Made by a program: the position numbers and the translations under genes
Shown: piece by piece, positions 28,817 through 41,711 of the stretch
How the letters are laid out: each line of letters opens with the position of its first letter
How positions within the stretch are numbered: position 1 is the stretch's first letter
Origin: Scenedesmus sp. PABB004
Taxonomy: Eukaryota
Length of the DNA: 64,000 nucleotides
Assembly (NCBI GenBank): GCA_014905635.1
Contig: JABVCE010000007.1
Location: 1 to 64,000, forward strand
Direction: 5' to 3'
The notes under the pieces: generated by a model
The model's input: only the letters and a program-made list of their open reading frames with translations
The model's database searches: none
Told to the model about the DNA's origin: nothing

Positions 28817-31800
28817 ATGTTCAGCTTCCTGGGCGCGCAGCAGTTTCTGGCGCTTCTCTACAAGAACGGTGCGCGCGGCGCGGCAGCGCTCTGAGGACGG
28901 GCGGCAGGGCTCGCCGCCCACGCCCGCCGCCGGCGCCGCCGCCGCCGCCGCCGCCCGCCGCGGGCGGCAGTGCTGGTCGCGTGGCGCAACCGGCGCGCGA
29001 CCGTGCTGCGCCTGGCCGCGCCGCTGCTGTTCCTGGTGCTCGCGCTCGTGGTGGACCTCGCGCTCAACGCCAACGCCAGCCTGCAGGAGCGCTTCGTCGC
29101 GCGCCCCGCCGCCGCGCCGGAGGGCATCGCGCCGCTCCCCCGCTGCGCCGCCGACCTGTACATCGGCGCCCGCCCCTGCGTCGACTGGGTGTACTCGCCC
29201 AACGACGACCCCCGCGTCAACGTGCGCGCGCCGCGGCCGCACAGCCGCAGCGGCGTGCGAGGGAGGGGCGCGGGCGGCCGCGCTCGGGCGCGGGCGCGCG
29301 CGCGGGGGGCGCCCCTGGCCGCGCCCGGCGGCAGCGACGCGCACCGCCGCGCCGCCGCACTGCCGCTGTCGCCGCCGGCGCAGCGCCTCGTGGCTGCGGT
29401 CATGGCGAGCAACGACCCGCCCGTCCCCCGCGACGCGGTGCTGGGCTTTGCCAGCCGCCGCGCGGCGGAGGACTACCTCGCGGCCCATCCGGACGGCGCG
29501 CTCGGCGGCGTGCACTTCAGCGCCGCGCCCAACGGCTCGCTCACCTACGTCGTGGCCTCAAACTCCACGGTGCGCGGCGGGCGTGGCGCGGCGGCCGGCG
29601 GCGGCGGCAGCGGAGCGGCGGGCGGCGGCGGCAGGGCGGCCGCCGGGGGCGACCGCCGCGCCGCCCCGCCCCGCCCCGCCCTGTGTGCTGCGTCACAGGT
29701 CAAGTACTTCAAGGGCGCCTTCCAGGACCCCACGCTCTTCTTCAGCCTGCCCATGGTCAACGCCGTGGCGCGCGAGGCGGCGCGCGCGGCGCTCGACGCG
29801 GCCGGCGGCGCCGACGGCTTTGAGTGGGCGCCCCGCGTGGTGCGCCGCGGCGGGGCGGGGCCGCCGCTCGCGGCGCCGGCCGCCCGCCGGCGCGCTCACA
29901 CGCGCGCGCGCTGGGCGCTGCCATGCGTCAGGCGCGGTTCCCCCACCCGAGCCTGCAGTCGACCAACCTGCTGGGCCAGGTGCTGTCGAGCTTCATCTTT
30001 GCCAGCCTCATGTTTGCCTTTGTCACGCAGGCGCGCACGCGGCAGCAGCGCCGCAGCGCGCGCGCGCGCGCGCGCGGCGGGGAGGCACCGCCGCAGCGCC
30101 GCCGCCCGGCGCCCGAGCGCCCCGCCGACGCGCGCCGCCCCACGTGCGCGCGCGCCGCCGCGCCAGATGAGCGCGCTGGTGGGCGAGAAGGAGGCGGGGC
30201 TGCGCCTCGCGCTGACCAACATGGGCATGGGCCAGAGCGCGTACTGGGGCAGCTGGATGGCCTTTGACGCCGCGCTCGGCCTCGCCGGCGCGCTGCTGCT
30301 CGTGGGCTTTGGCGCCGCGCTGCGCTTTGGCTTCTTCACGCGCAACGCCACCGGCCTGCTCGTCGCGCTGTTCTGGGCCTTCAGCCTGGCCATGACCTCG
30401 CTCTCCTACCTCCTCGGCGTGCTCGTCAGCTCCAGCGCGGGCGCCGTGTACGCGGGCTTTGCCGTCTTCATCGTGGGATGGGTCTTCCAGACAGGCGCGC
30501 GCGGGGACGGGCGACCCGCGCCGCGCGTGCTGCGCCGCGCCGCGCGTGCTGCGGCGCTGCCGCGCCCTCACCCGCGCCGCCGCGCCGCGCCGCGCCGCCC
30601 GTGTGCCGCGGTGCGCCGCCGCGGTGCGCCGCAGTCATCTTCCTGACGCGCCTCCCCTACAGCCCCGCCACGCTCTTCTCGTCCACCAACCGCTGGGGCA
30701 AGCCCTTTGCGGTCGTGTTCAGCCTCGTCCCCTGGAGCCCGCTCACCAAGGCCATACTCGACCTCAACGCCGCCACGCTCGCGCCGGCAGACCCGGGTGC
30801 GGCGTCGGCGGGGCCGCTCACTCCCCCTCCCAGCAGTCACCGCACCCGCGCGCCGCGCGGCGGGGGCGCCGACCCCCCGCGGCCGCCCGCCGCGCCGCGC
30901 GCGCCGCGCCGCGCAGGGCTGCGCTGGTCTGAGGCTGGCAGCTACTGCCGGTACGAGCCCGACCCCGCCCGCCAGGCGCCGTTCGACCCGGCCGCGACGT
31001 ACGTGAGCTACGACTGCGCGTACAGCATCGCCTCCGTGCTGGCCACGCTCGCCGCGCAGTGGGCGGCCTACTGGGCCCTCGCGGTGTACCTCAACAACGT
31101 CCTGCCCAACGAGGTGAACACCCCAAGCGCGCCCGCGCTGCGCGCTGGCCACTGCCCGGGGCGCGGGGGGGGGGGGGGGCGGGCGGGGGCGCGGCGGGCG
31201 GGGGCGGGGGTTGCAGGCGGCCAGGGGCGCCGGCGCAGCCGCCGCCGACCGCGCCCCTGCCGCCGCCCGCGCGCGCAGGTGGGCACGCGGCGGGCGCTGT
31301 GGTACCCGCTCTCCCCCGCCTACTGGCGCCCGCGCCCCGCCGACCGCCTGGCCGCGCTGCAGCGCGTCCTGCGCGAGGTGCGCCCCAGCGCGGGGCGCGG
31401 CGCGGGCTGCGCGCCGCCGCCGCCGCCCCTCACCCGACGCCGCCCCGCGCGCCGCGGCCCGCGCAGGAGGCGGCGGGCGTGGCGATGCCGCCGCCCGGCG
31501 AGGCGCCGCTGGAGGAGGACGTGGCAGCGGAGGAGGCGCGCATGCGGGGCCGCCTCGCAGCGGCGACGGGTGCGCGCGCCGCGCCGCGCCGCGCCGCGCC
31601 GCGCAGCAGCGCGTCTGCTCACGCCCGGCGCGCGGCGCTGCCCCTCCTTGCCGGCGCAGGCGCCGGCGGCGCCCTGGGCTGCGAGCCGCCCTCGCCCAGC
31701 AGCAGCGTGGGCAGCGCGGCGGACGGCGGCGGCGGCGGCGGCGCGCCGCTCGCGGCGGAGCTGTACGGGCTGCGCCGCGTGTTCAGGACGCGGCGCCGCC

Positions 31801-32408
31801 TGCCGGGCGCGCGCGCGGCGCTCGGCGCGTGCGCGCGCGGCGCCGCGCCGCGCGTCTCGCCGCCGCGCGAGCACTGGGCCATCCGCGGCACCTGGCTGGG
31901 CATCGAGCAGGGCCAGCTCTTTGCGCTGCTCGGGCCCAACGGCGCGGGCAAGACGACGACCATCAACTGCCTCACCGGTGACCGCCCACGGGGGCCGCGG
32001 CAGGCCGCAGCACGGCCCGCGGGCCGCAGCACGCGGCGCGGCACCCCGGCCGCGCCGCGCTGACCCTCCCCCCGCTGCCGCCGGCGCTGGCGCAGGCGTG
32101 CTGCCCATCAGCGGCGGCGAGGCGCTGGTGTACGGCGCGCCCATCAGCAGCGCGGCGGGCCTGGAGGCGGTGCGGCGTGGCATGGGCGTGTGCCCCCAGT
32201 TTGACGTGCTCTGGGGCGAGCTCACCGGCGCGGAGCACCTGGTCATCGCGGGGCACGTCAAGGGCCTGCCCGCCAAGCAGGCGCGGCGCGCGGCGGGCCG
32301 GGGAGGAGGGGGAGGAGGGGGCGGGCGGGGGGAGGAGGGGAGGGCGGAGGAGGGGCAGGAGGGGGAGGCGGCGCGCGGCCGCCGGCGCGGCCGAGGGCGG
32401 CGGGCGTG

Positions 32409-32448
<40 letters not shown>

Positions 32449-34060
32449 CGCACCCAACGCCCGCGGCCGCGCAGGTGCGGCGGGAGGCGGCGGAGCTGCT
32501 GGAGCGCGTGAAGCTCGCCGGCGCGGCGGGCGTGCGCAGCGCGAGCTACAGCGGTGGCATGCGGCGCCGCCTGAGCGTCGCGCTGAGCCTGCTGGGCGAC
32601 CCACGCATCGTCTTCCTCGACGAACCAACCACGGTGCGGCAACGCAACACCCCCGCGCCGCGCCAAGCCGCTGCGCCGCGCGCGCCGAGGCGCCGCCGCT
32701 GCGGCCGCGCGCCGAGGCGCTCGCTGAGCCGCCACTGTCGTGCGCGCGCTGCGGGCGGTGTGGTGTGTGTGTTGGCGGTGGTGTGGTGGTGTCGACAGGG
32801 CATGGACCCCATCAGCCGGCGGCACGTGTGGGACATCATCGCGGAGGCCAAGGCGGGGCGCGCGATCGTGCTCACCACGCACAGGCGCGCGCACAGAGGG
32901 CGGCGGGGGGGGGGGGGGGGCGGCCGCCGGCCCGCGGCCCGCGGCGCGCTGCGGCGCACGCGCGCCCGTGGTCGCGCCCACGCGCCGCCGCCGCCCGCGC
33001 GCGCGCCCGCCCGCCCGCAGCATGGAGGAGGCCGACGCGCTGGGCGACCGCATCGGCATCATGGCCCGCGGCCGCATCAAGGCGCTGGGCAGCTCGCTGC
33101 GGCTCAAGCAAAAGTTTGGCGCCGGCTACGCCCTCACCGTGCACGTCGCGCCCCCGCGCGGCAGCGGCGCCGCGCTCGCCGGCGGGGGCGCGGCGGAGCT
33201 CGCCGCGCGGCTGGAGGCCGTGCGCGAATACTTCAGGTGGGGCGGGGCGCCGCGCGGCCGCCTGCTGCGGCCGACGCTGCGCGGCGGCGCCCTGCGGCGT
33301 CGCCGGCGTCGCCGCCGCCGCCGACGACGACGACCTCGTCGCCCGCCCGCGCGCGCGCGCGCAGAGAGGGGCTGGGCGTGCCGCCCGTGGCCGAGGGCCG
33401 CGCCCTGCTGCAGTTTGTCGTCGGCCGCGAGGCGGAGGGCCGCCTGGTGGCCTTCCTGGCCGCACTGGAGGCCGACGCGCCGCGCCTGGGCGTGTCGGAC
33501 GTGCAGGCGGGGCTGGCCAGCCTGGAGGAGGTCTTCCTCACCATCGCCAAGCGGGTGAACGCGCCACGCACACGCGCACACGCGGCGCACCCGCACCCGC
33601 GCCGCGCGCGCCCCTGGCGGCGGCCGCCGGCCTGCGCTGTGCGGGCTGCGCGCGTCGTGGCCCCGCGCCGCCGCGGCGCTGCGTCGTGACGCAGCCGCTG
33701 CGCACGCGTGCGCCGCGCGCGCAGGCGGAGCTCGAGGCGGCGGCGCTGAGCGGCAACGACCTGGTCCCCGTGGACGCGCCCGACGGCGGCGGCGAGCTGC
33801 TCGTGCCGCTCGGCGAGGAGTGGCTGCTGCACCCGAGCGGCGACGGGCGGGTCTACCAGGTGGCGTGGGCGCAGGACGACGCGGGGCGCCTGGTCGTGCT
33901 CGACGTGACGCTCGCGCCGCCGGGGACGGAGCCGGGCGCGGCGGCCGCAGCGGCGGCCGCCGTCGGCCCGGCGGAGCAGGCGGCGGCGGCGCAGTGGCAG
34001 CAGCAGGAGGCCTTGCACCAGCAGCCGGCAGCGCCGCGGCTCAGCCGCCTGAGCGGCTGA
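28817..34060 (+). CDS. Half-size ABC transporter subfamily A (plant ABCA2/ABCA9-like clade)
   Basis: [88 protein letters not shown], and C-terminal AELE...[11 protein letters not shown] typical of ABCA2/9. Confidence 0.92.
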
Positions 34061-34271
34061 GGCCGGGCGGGGCAGCGGGCGGGCAGCGGGCGGCGGCGCG
34101 GCACGTCGCCAGCGCGCGTGCGGGCGCGGCCAGCCTGCCAGATTCCCTTCCCTCTCTCTCTCTCTCTCTCGGACGGAACGACTGCGCGAGCAGGGCCTCG
34201 CAGCGCGTGTACAGGCGGGGGCGCGGAGTTGCAACCGTTCACACGGCCCGTCTGAGCCCCGCCCCGCCGCC

Positions 34272-36717
34272 TCACGCCGCGTCGCTGTCGGCCGGCGGCG
34301 GCGCGGCGCTGGCGAGCAGCATATGCTCGACGCCCTCCCGCAGCAGCGCCGGCGGCACGACAAAGCCGTCCGCGGCATGGTCCCGGCGCGCCTTGAGCCA
34401 CTGCACGCACTCCCGCAGCGTCTCGGGCTCCACCGGCCGCAGGCCGTGCGCGCCCACGGCGAGCAGCGTGAACGAAAAGTCGTTTGACACTGGGCGCGGG
34501 CGGCGGCGGGGGCGCGGGCCGTGACCGACCGTCAGTGGGCGCCCGCTCCAGCGCCGCACCGCGGGCGTGCCCGCGTCCGCGGCCGCGCACCGCTCGCGTG
34601 CAGCTGCGCGGGGCGCTCCACGAGCTGCGCGTGCTTGGTCGCGACGACGTTGACGCGCATGAGCGGGCCGTCTGTGAAGACGACCTTGGCGCGCAGCTCC
34701 AGCACGCACCCGACAGGCACGGGCTGCAGGAAGGTCACGTTGCCCAGCGCGACGGCCTCGCAGTGCCGCCCCGCGTGCAGCACGGCGGTGCTGTACGCCA
34801 GCTCGCTGCGCGGCGGCGCGGGCCGGCGCGCGCCGCTCGGCGGGGCGCGAGGGCGTGCGCACGCGCGCGCCGGGCGCCGCCCACCTTGCCAGGCGGAGGA
34901 TGTGGCCGCCAAAGATGGCACCGGCGTTGTTTCGGTCCTGGATGTGCATGAGCGCGACCAGAGAGCGTACAGTCGCTGACATGGGGACAGGCGCCAGCGC
35001 GCCGTCGCCGTGCGCGGGCGCCAGCCTGGCGGGGAGGAGGCGGGCGAGGGTGGGGAGGCTCGGGCGCAGCGCGCGGCGCGCCACTCCGCGCGGGGCCAGC
35101 CAGGCGCAGCGCACATGGCTCCCGACGTCACCGACGCCCGGCGCTGCAGCGGCGGGTCGCCGCCGCGCGCCGCCTCGGCCTCGGCCTCCTGCCGCGCCAG
35201 CTGGCGGCGCAGCTGCGCCTCGGCCAGGTCATACACGAGCCGCACTGAACCACGCGGTGCGCGCCCGGGCGCGCGGGCGGGTCAGGGGGCGGCGGGGGCT
35301 GGCCCCAGCGTCCGACGGGCAGCGCCGGGCCCGCCCGCGCCCACCTTCGTCGCCCTCCGGCTCCGAGCCCATCAGCCTGCCGCTCTTGCGCTTGGCGCGG
35401 CTGACGGCGGCGCGCTCCTCGGCTGCGCAGCGGGCAGCGGGCGCCGCGGCGGCGTCTTTGTTGCAAGCGCGAGCCGGCTGCGCGGAGGCTGCGCGGCGGC
35501 GTGGCCCAGCTGCGCCGCGGCGCGGCGGCGCGCACCGGCGTCGAAGTGCAGGCGCTCCAGCTCGGTCTGCGGCGCCACGCGCGGCACGTCGGGAGCGCCG
35601 GTGCTGTCGCCCGTGGGGCGCAGGACCATGAGGAAGTGCGCCACCGCCCTGCGCGCGCGGCCGGCCGCGGCGCGGCGTGGCGCGCCCGCAGCGGCGGCGC
35701 GCGGCGTCCGCCCGCCCCCGTTGCCCACCTGTGCACCCAGCGCGGCGGGCCGCCGTCGCCGCTCGGCCGAGGCGCCTCGGTGCTGACCTCGACCAGGACC
35801 TCCATGCTGGTGCGCCCCGCCCACGCCACGCAGCCGGCGACGCGCAGGTCGGCGCCGATGGTCAGCGGCGTCTGCAGGATATCCGACACGTCGTCCCCGC
35901 CCTCGTCCGTCGCCAGCGCCGCGTCGCCCCCCGGCGTCGCCACCACGCGCTGCTGGTGCTGCTGCTGCTCCCGCTGCGCGCCCCAGCCGGGCGGCAGCGG
36001 CTGCTGCGGCGCGCCGCCCTGCGCGGCGGCGGCGGCGGCGCCGCCGCCCGCGGGGCTCCTGCTGGTGGCAAAGGCGACCTTGTCGAGGCTGGCGGTCACG
36101 ACGGTGGTGCCGGGCGGCAGGCCGCCGAGGTGGCGCACCGCGACGTCCGCCGCAAAGGCGTCGAGGTCCTCCAGCAGCAGCCCCGCGCGCAGGAAGGGCG
36201 ACGAGAAGCGCTGGTACTGGCCCCGCAGCGCTGCGTTGCGGGTGAACGGGAAGGTCAAACAGAGGTACGACGCGCTCGGCGGGCGCGGGCCGGGCGCCTG
36301 TGCCGCGGCAGCGGCGGCGGCAGCGGCGGCGGCGTGAGCGCTGCTCCGCCAGCGGGCGCTTGGCCCGCGCCTGCGCGGGCACCGCGCCCGCTGCCGCGCC
36401 TGGTCATCGGCCGCCGGCGCGTATTGCAGCAAGAGGCCGCGCTGCTGGAAGCTGCGTCCCCTGAACCCGGAGATGGCAGAGGTGAACGGGAGGAGGTCGC
36501 TGAGGCCCGGCTCGGGCGCGCCGCCGCTGCTGCCACCATCTGCGGCGCCGCCGTGCGTGAGCACGCCCGGCGGCTGCGGGATTACGACGAGCCCCATGCC
36601 CAGCTGCGTCTCGATCCGGGAGCGAGCCGAGAGCGCGCGGCGCGCCAGCAGCGGCGCGCGGGCGGCAGCGGCGGCGACGGCGGCAGCGGCGCGTGCCGTG
36701 GCGATCGCCAGCGCCAT
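34272..36717 (-). CDS. Acyl-CoA thioesterase, double hotdog fold (ACOT9-like), probably organellar
   Basis: RAGLLLEDLDAFA, VVTASLD, GCVAWAGRTSMEV, DRNNAGAIFGGHILRLA, VTFLQPVPVG, SNDFSFT. Confidence 0.88.
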
Positions 36718-36890
36718 GAGCGGCGGCACTGCGGCCCGGCAGGCGCATGCCGAGTGGAGACGCGAGCGGGCGAGGTGAGGCGAGGGTTCAGGTTCCGCCG
36801 CCAACTCCTGCTGGGCCGCCGCACCCGCGCACGCCTCACTCCTGCGCCGCACTCCTGCAGACGCTCGCCGCCGCCGCCGCCGCCGGTGGC

Positions 36891-38903
36891 TCAGAGGTTG
36901 CTGGGGCGGAAGAGGTTGAAGCCGTCGGCCGCGGTCGTGCCGATGAGGCCCGGGATGTGGGCGTGCCAGTGGAGCTCCTTGATGTCGCTCTGCCCCGCGT
37001 GCACAAACAGCAGCTGGCTCGGCAGCGCCTCCGCGGGCACCGCGTTGCCCTCGGGCGCGAGCGCCGCCTCCTCCTCGGGGTCGCGCTCGAGCGCGAGGTC
37101 CCACACCAGCGCCGCGTTGTCGGCGCCCGTCGTGGCCAGCATGCTGCCCTCGTACGGGCTCCACTCCACGCTCGTCACCGCGCCGCGGTGGAAGTTGAAC
37201 TGGCTCACGTGCCCGCCCGCCTTGAACGACCGCAGGTCCCACACGCGCAGCCCGCCGTCGTCGGCGCCGCTGGCGAGCATGTACGTGACCAGCCGATTCC
37301 AGCTCAGAACGTTGACGTCACACTCCGCAGCGGGGACCTGGCGCCGGCAGACACGGCGGCGCGCGCGCGCGTGTAGGTGAGGCGCGCCGGCGTGCACAGA
37401 GCCGCCGCCGCCGCCCGCGCGCGCCGCGGCCGCGGCGCGCGGCACGCGCCTGCAGCATGGCGCGGCCGCGCTCGCGCGTGTCAAAGATGGCGATCGTGCG
37501 GTCGGTGGAGCAGGACGCAAAGACGCTCTCCTCGCTCGGGCTCCACTGCAGGTCCTCCACGCTGCCCGCGTGGCCGTTGTACGCCGGCGACACCTGGCCC
37601 GCGTGCACGGTCACACACGGGGCGCGGCGTGGGCCGCCGCGCGCGCGGCCGCCAGGCCCTGGCGGCGCCGCTGCGTGTGCGCGCCCCAGTCGGCCAGCCC
37701 CCTCGGGCCGCCCGCCCGCTGCAGGCCTCTCACCGCCCACTTGCCGCCCTCGGCCGGCTCCCAGACGTGGATGTGCTTCTTGCAGTCGCCGCTCGCGAGG
37801 CGCCCCGGCTTGAGCGGGCTCCAGTCAAGGGCAAAGCCCTCGGCCGCGTGCGGCTGGGCCTGCAGCGGGTTGACGCTGCCCTTGGCGCCCGCCTTGCCGT
37901 CGACCTCGACCTCGCCCGCCAGGGCGGCGAGCTGCGCCGCCACGTCCAGCACCCGCACCGACCCGTTGTCGCCCCACACCGCGACCAGGCCGGGCCGCGC
38001 CTGGCACGCGCGCACACGGTTGATGCCGCACGGCTGAGACACCAGCCTGCGCGCGGGCGGGCGCGGGCGCGCGCGTCGGCAGCACGCGCGCAGCCGCGGG
38101 CCCCTGCGGGCGCGGCGCGCGCGCCACCGCTGGCGCAGCCGGGGGCCGCTGCCCCCTGCCGCAGCCGGCCGTGCGCGCGTGCGCGGCCGCGCCTGTGGTG
38201 CATGCGCGGTGGCGGCTCGCGGGCGTCGTCGTCGTCGCTGTCGTCCATCGCATCGCTGCCCTCATCGCTCTCGCTCTCGTCGCTGCTCTCGTCGTCGCTG
38301 CCGCGCGGCTTGACCGCGCGCTTGCCGTGCCGCCCCTGTCCCAGGTCGGCGAGCTTCAGCACCGCCAGGTAGTTGGCCCGCGCCGACGACGCCTGGGGGG
38401 CGCGCGCGAGAGCGGCGCGTGGGCGCCGCGCCGGCGCCTCGCCGGGCCGGCGCTGGCGCCGGTGCCGCCGCCGCGCGGCCGCGCGCTTGCCTGCGTGCCC
38501 GCGACCATGAACACGGTGTGCGGGAAGGTGCTGCGCGGGCCGCCGAGCTCGTCGCGCAGGAGGTCAAAGGAGAGGCAGGGCCACTCGAGGCTGAACTTGT
38601 GCAGGCAGTCGTACGCGGTGGGGTCGTAGTCCAGCTCCTCGTCCTCGCCCACGGGGTCGATGCCCGGGCGCCACACCGCAGGCGGCGCGGAGGGGCCCCC
38701 GGCATCGTCCACGGCCATCAGCACCTCGGCCGTGGGCGCGGCCTGCGCGCGGCGGCGGCAGCAGCGGCGGCCGCAGCGGCGTGGCGGCGCCGCTCCCCGC
38801 TGCCGCAGCGGCGCCGGCCGTGAGCGCTTCACGTCGTCTCGGTCGTCACGCGCCGCACCTTGGGCTTGCCGCCCTTCTTGCCGCCCTTCTTCGGGTTGCG
38901 CAT
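36891..38903 (-). CDS. GRWD1: Glutamate-rich WD40 ribosome assembly protein RRB1/GRWD1
   Basis: VWRPG...[12 protein letters not shown]...[69 protein letters not shown]. Confidence 0.95.
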
Positions 38904-39475
38904 CGCGTCTCCCGCCCTCAGGCGGCGCGCCTAGGGGTGCCCGCTCGGCCGCGCTGCTGTCCCACCAACAGCGCTGGCCCCGGAGAGCCCTGCCGCGCCC
39001 TCGACCGGGCGCTCTCCGCGACGCGACGCCCGCGGCGCGGTCTGCGCGAGCGCAGGGCGCCGCGCAGCCTGCGACGACGACCGCGTCGTCACGGAAGCTC
39101 CAGGCCCGGACGGCAGCCGGGCCGCGCCGGCCGGGCGGCGTCGCCAGGCAGCGGCGGCGACGGCAGCGCGGCGGCTGGCGGCTGGCCGGCGGCAGTGTGC
39201 GCGCTCTCGCCACTTGCGCGGCTGGCGGGCTGAGCGCGGTGCGCTGCGGGGCTCCGGCCGTGCGCGTCACCGACGGTGGCAGCAACTGGCGATCCAGCCG
39301 CTGCTGAGCCCTGGCGCGTGCACCGCAACTTGCGAAGTTCAACTTCAGCACACGGCGGGCGGCCGCCGGCGCACTACAAAGGATCCGGCGCGCGCGCGCG
39401 CGCGCCGCGCGGCGCAGGCGCCGGCGACTCCTCGTGGGCAGCCACCCGCGCTCAGACCGCGGCTGCCGTCGCTGC

Positions 39476-39914
39476 TCACGCCAGGCGGCGCCGGCCCGCG
39501 CCCGGGGCGCCGCTGACGCACGTCTGCACAGCCGCGTCGCCGGCGTACTTGGCGCAGGCCTCGGGCAGCGAGTCGTCGGCCGGGCAGGACGCGGTCGCCG
39601 CGGCGCAGGCGGCGCACGGGTCTGTGCACTCGGACAGCGCGCGCCCCGAGTTGGCGTACTGCGTGGCGGCGGCGGCGGCGCGCCGTTTGCGGCCGCGCTC
39701 GACGGGCGCCTCGGCCGCGCCGGCGTCCGCTGCGGGGGCCGCTGAGAGAGTCGCGCCTCACCTCTGGCGACTTCGAAACGCACGAACAAAGGGCGTCGCA
39801 GCCGCCGCCGCCGAGGGCCTTGGCGGACGAGCAGGTGAGCGGCGCGGCGCTCGCGGCGGCGGCGAGCATGGAGGCCAGCAGCAGCGCCGCCAGGGCGCGG
39901 GTGGTGGGGGCCAT
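39476..39914 (-). CDS. Small secreted cysteine-rich protein (111 aa, 10 Cys), 2 exons
   Basis: MAPTTRALAALLLASMLAAAASAAPLTC...KSPE|YANSGRALSECTDPCAAC...QTCVSGAPGAGRRRLA*; phase-0 GT-AG intron. Confidence 0.75.
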
Positions 39915-40500
39915 GCTGCGCTGCGGGATGGCGCCTGCGGCGGCGGCCCGGGCGCGCGGGCGAGCGAGCGTCAGAGCATGCGCGCCCACGCAAGGGCCTG
40001 CTGCTGGGGCGCCCGCGCGCGCGCCGCCGGCGCGGGGAAGCTGCCGCCGCGCGCGAGCGCCGCCGCGCGCACCTTGGCGGGTCGGGCTCAGGGGGTGGCC
40101 GGGTGGGGCGGCTGGGGAGTGTGGGCACGGCGGCGGCGCCGCCGAGGTGGCGGGGCGAGCGCCGCGCTTCGCGGTTTGGGCGGCGACGGTGCTGCCGTGT
40201 TACGTTCCTGGACCGCCGACCACGCACGGCCGCAGTCGCAGCCCCCCGGAACAAACCAGCCCGGAGCGAGCAGCACCGCCGCCCAGCAACGGAGGTCGCA
40301 CGCGCCGCCGCCGCTGGCTCGAGCAGCGGGCCGCAGGGCCCCGTCGTCCTCGCGCTCTCTCGGGTCCAGAGAACAGCTCCAGCGCTGCAGCGCCCGCCGT
40401 CCAGCCCCGGGCGCCTCGTCCGCCGCGCCGCTGCTGCTCGCCGCCCTCCGCCGCCGCCGTGGCGCCCCGGCCCCGCCCTGTCGGTGCTCCCGGGGCGCGC

Positions 40501-41016
40501 ATGGCCGCCCCTGGCGCGGGCCGGCTGCTAGATTACCGCGCACCGACGAGCTGGAGCGAGGATGCGGCGCTGTTTGAGCGCGCGCGGCCGTGGCGCAAGG
40601 TCGCGCTCGCCGTCGGGCTGTGCGCGCTGGGCACGGTCATGCTGATCACGGGCATCAGCCTCTGGTACACGGGAGGGCCCGAGGGCGGCGCAGGTGCGGC
40701 ACGGCGGCCTGCCGTGCGCTGGCGGCGGCCCGCGCCGCCCGGCGCGGCCGCGGAGCGCGGCCGCCGCTCCACCGCCGCCGGCCGTGTGGCGCGAGGCGTG
40801 GCAGCGGCAGCGGCAGCGGCTGCGGGGGCAGCTGCGGCACGCTCCGCTCACCTGGCCGCACCCGCCCCCGCCCCCCGCGCTGCCGCTCGGTCAGCCACGG
40901 CGCTGCTGGTGCTGGGGAGCATCTGCTTTGTGCCGGGCGCGTACCACACCCGCATCGCGGTCCTGGCCTGGAAGGGCGTGCCGGGCTACAGCCTCGACGC
41001 CATCCCAGACATGTGA
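40501..41016 (+). CDS. TMEM230: Transmembrane protein 230/134 family (DUF872), 2 exons
   Basis: PWRKVALAVGLCALG...LLVLGSICFVPGAYHTRIAVLAWKGVPGYSLDAIPDM. Confidence 0.9.
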   Translation: MAAPGAGRLLDYRAPTSWSEDAALFERARPWRKVALAVGLCALGTVMLITGISLWYTGGPEGGAGAARRPAVRWRRPAPPGAAAERGRRSTAAGRVARGVAAAAAAAAGAAAARSAHLAAPAPAPRAAARSATALLVLGSICFVPGAYHTRIAVLAWKGVPGYSLDAIPDM

Positions 41017-41023
41017 CGCGGCC

Positions 41024-41078
41024 GCGGCGGCGACCAGCGGCGGCGACCAGCGGCGGCGACCAGCGGCGGCGACCAGCG
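41024..41078. repeat. 13-bp tandem repeat (GCGGCGGCGACCA) x4 in the TMEM230 3' UTR
   Basis: Direct observation. Confidence 0.9.
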
Positions 41079-41711
41079 TTCACCTCGGCACGCGCGCGCG
41101 CAGCCCCCGCAGGCGCGGGTGCGGCTGCGCGGGCGCTGCCGTCGCTGCGATTGCGCGGCGCGGCGCGCGCGCCAGCAGCCCAGGTTTATGGCCCCCGTCG
41201 CACATGTATCATGGCGGCATGGATGCATGAGGTTTGAGCGCAGCACCCGTGGTTGGTTGTGGGAGTCGCGCGCAGCAGCGCGGTGTGATGCGTGTGAAAT
41301 ATACGTGCCCTGGCGGCGGCGGCAGCCCAGGCGAGCGCGCGCACGCTGCAAGTGAGTTATGAGGCAGGCGGGAGGTGCGAGGAGAAGCCCCGCGTGCGAG
41401 TAAAAACCCAGCGCGTGCGGTCGTCAGCATGGCGCGGGCAGAGGGCAGTGTAGTCCCAGCAGCAGCCCGCAGAGCGGGAGTCCGTAATAGAGCTCGTGCG
41501 TTCACATGCGTTCACATAAGGAGCGGTGGCAGCGCGCGCAGCCACCGCGGCGGCGGGGCCGCAGCATGCGCAGCGCGGACGCACAGAGTGCAGCCCCCCG
41601 CAACACCCAACTGAGTACTCGTTCGCGCAGAGCTCGGCAGAGGCAGCCCAGCGGCAGCACACGCCGCCGCCGGGCGCGAGCGCCCGCCGCCGACACGCGC
41701 CAGCGGGCCGA

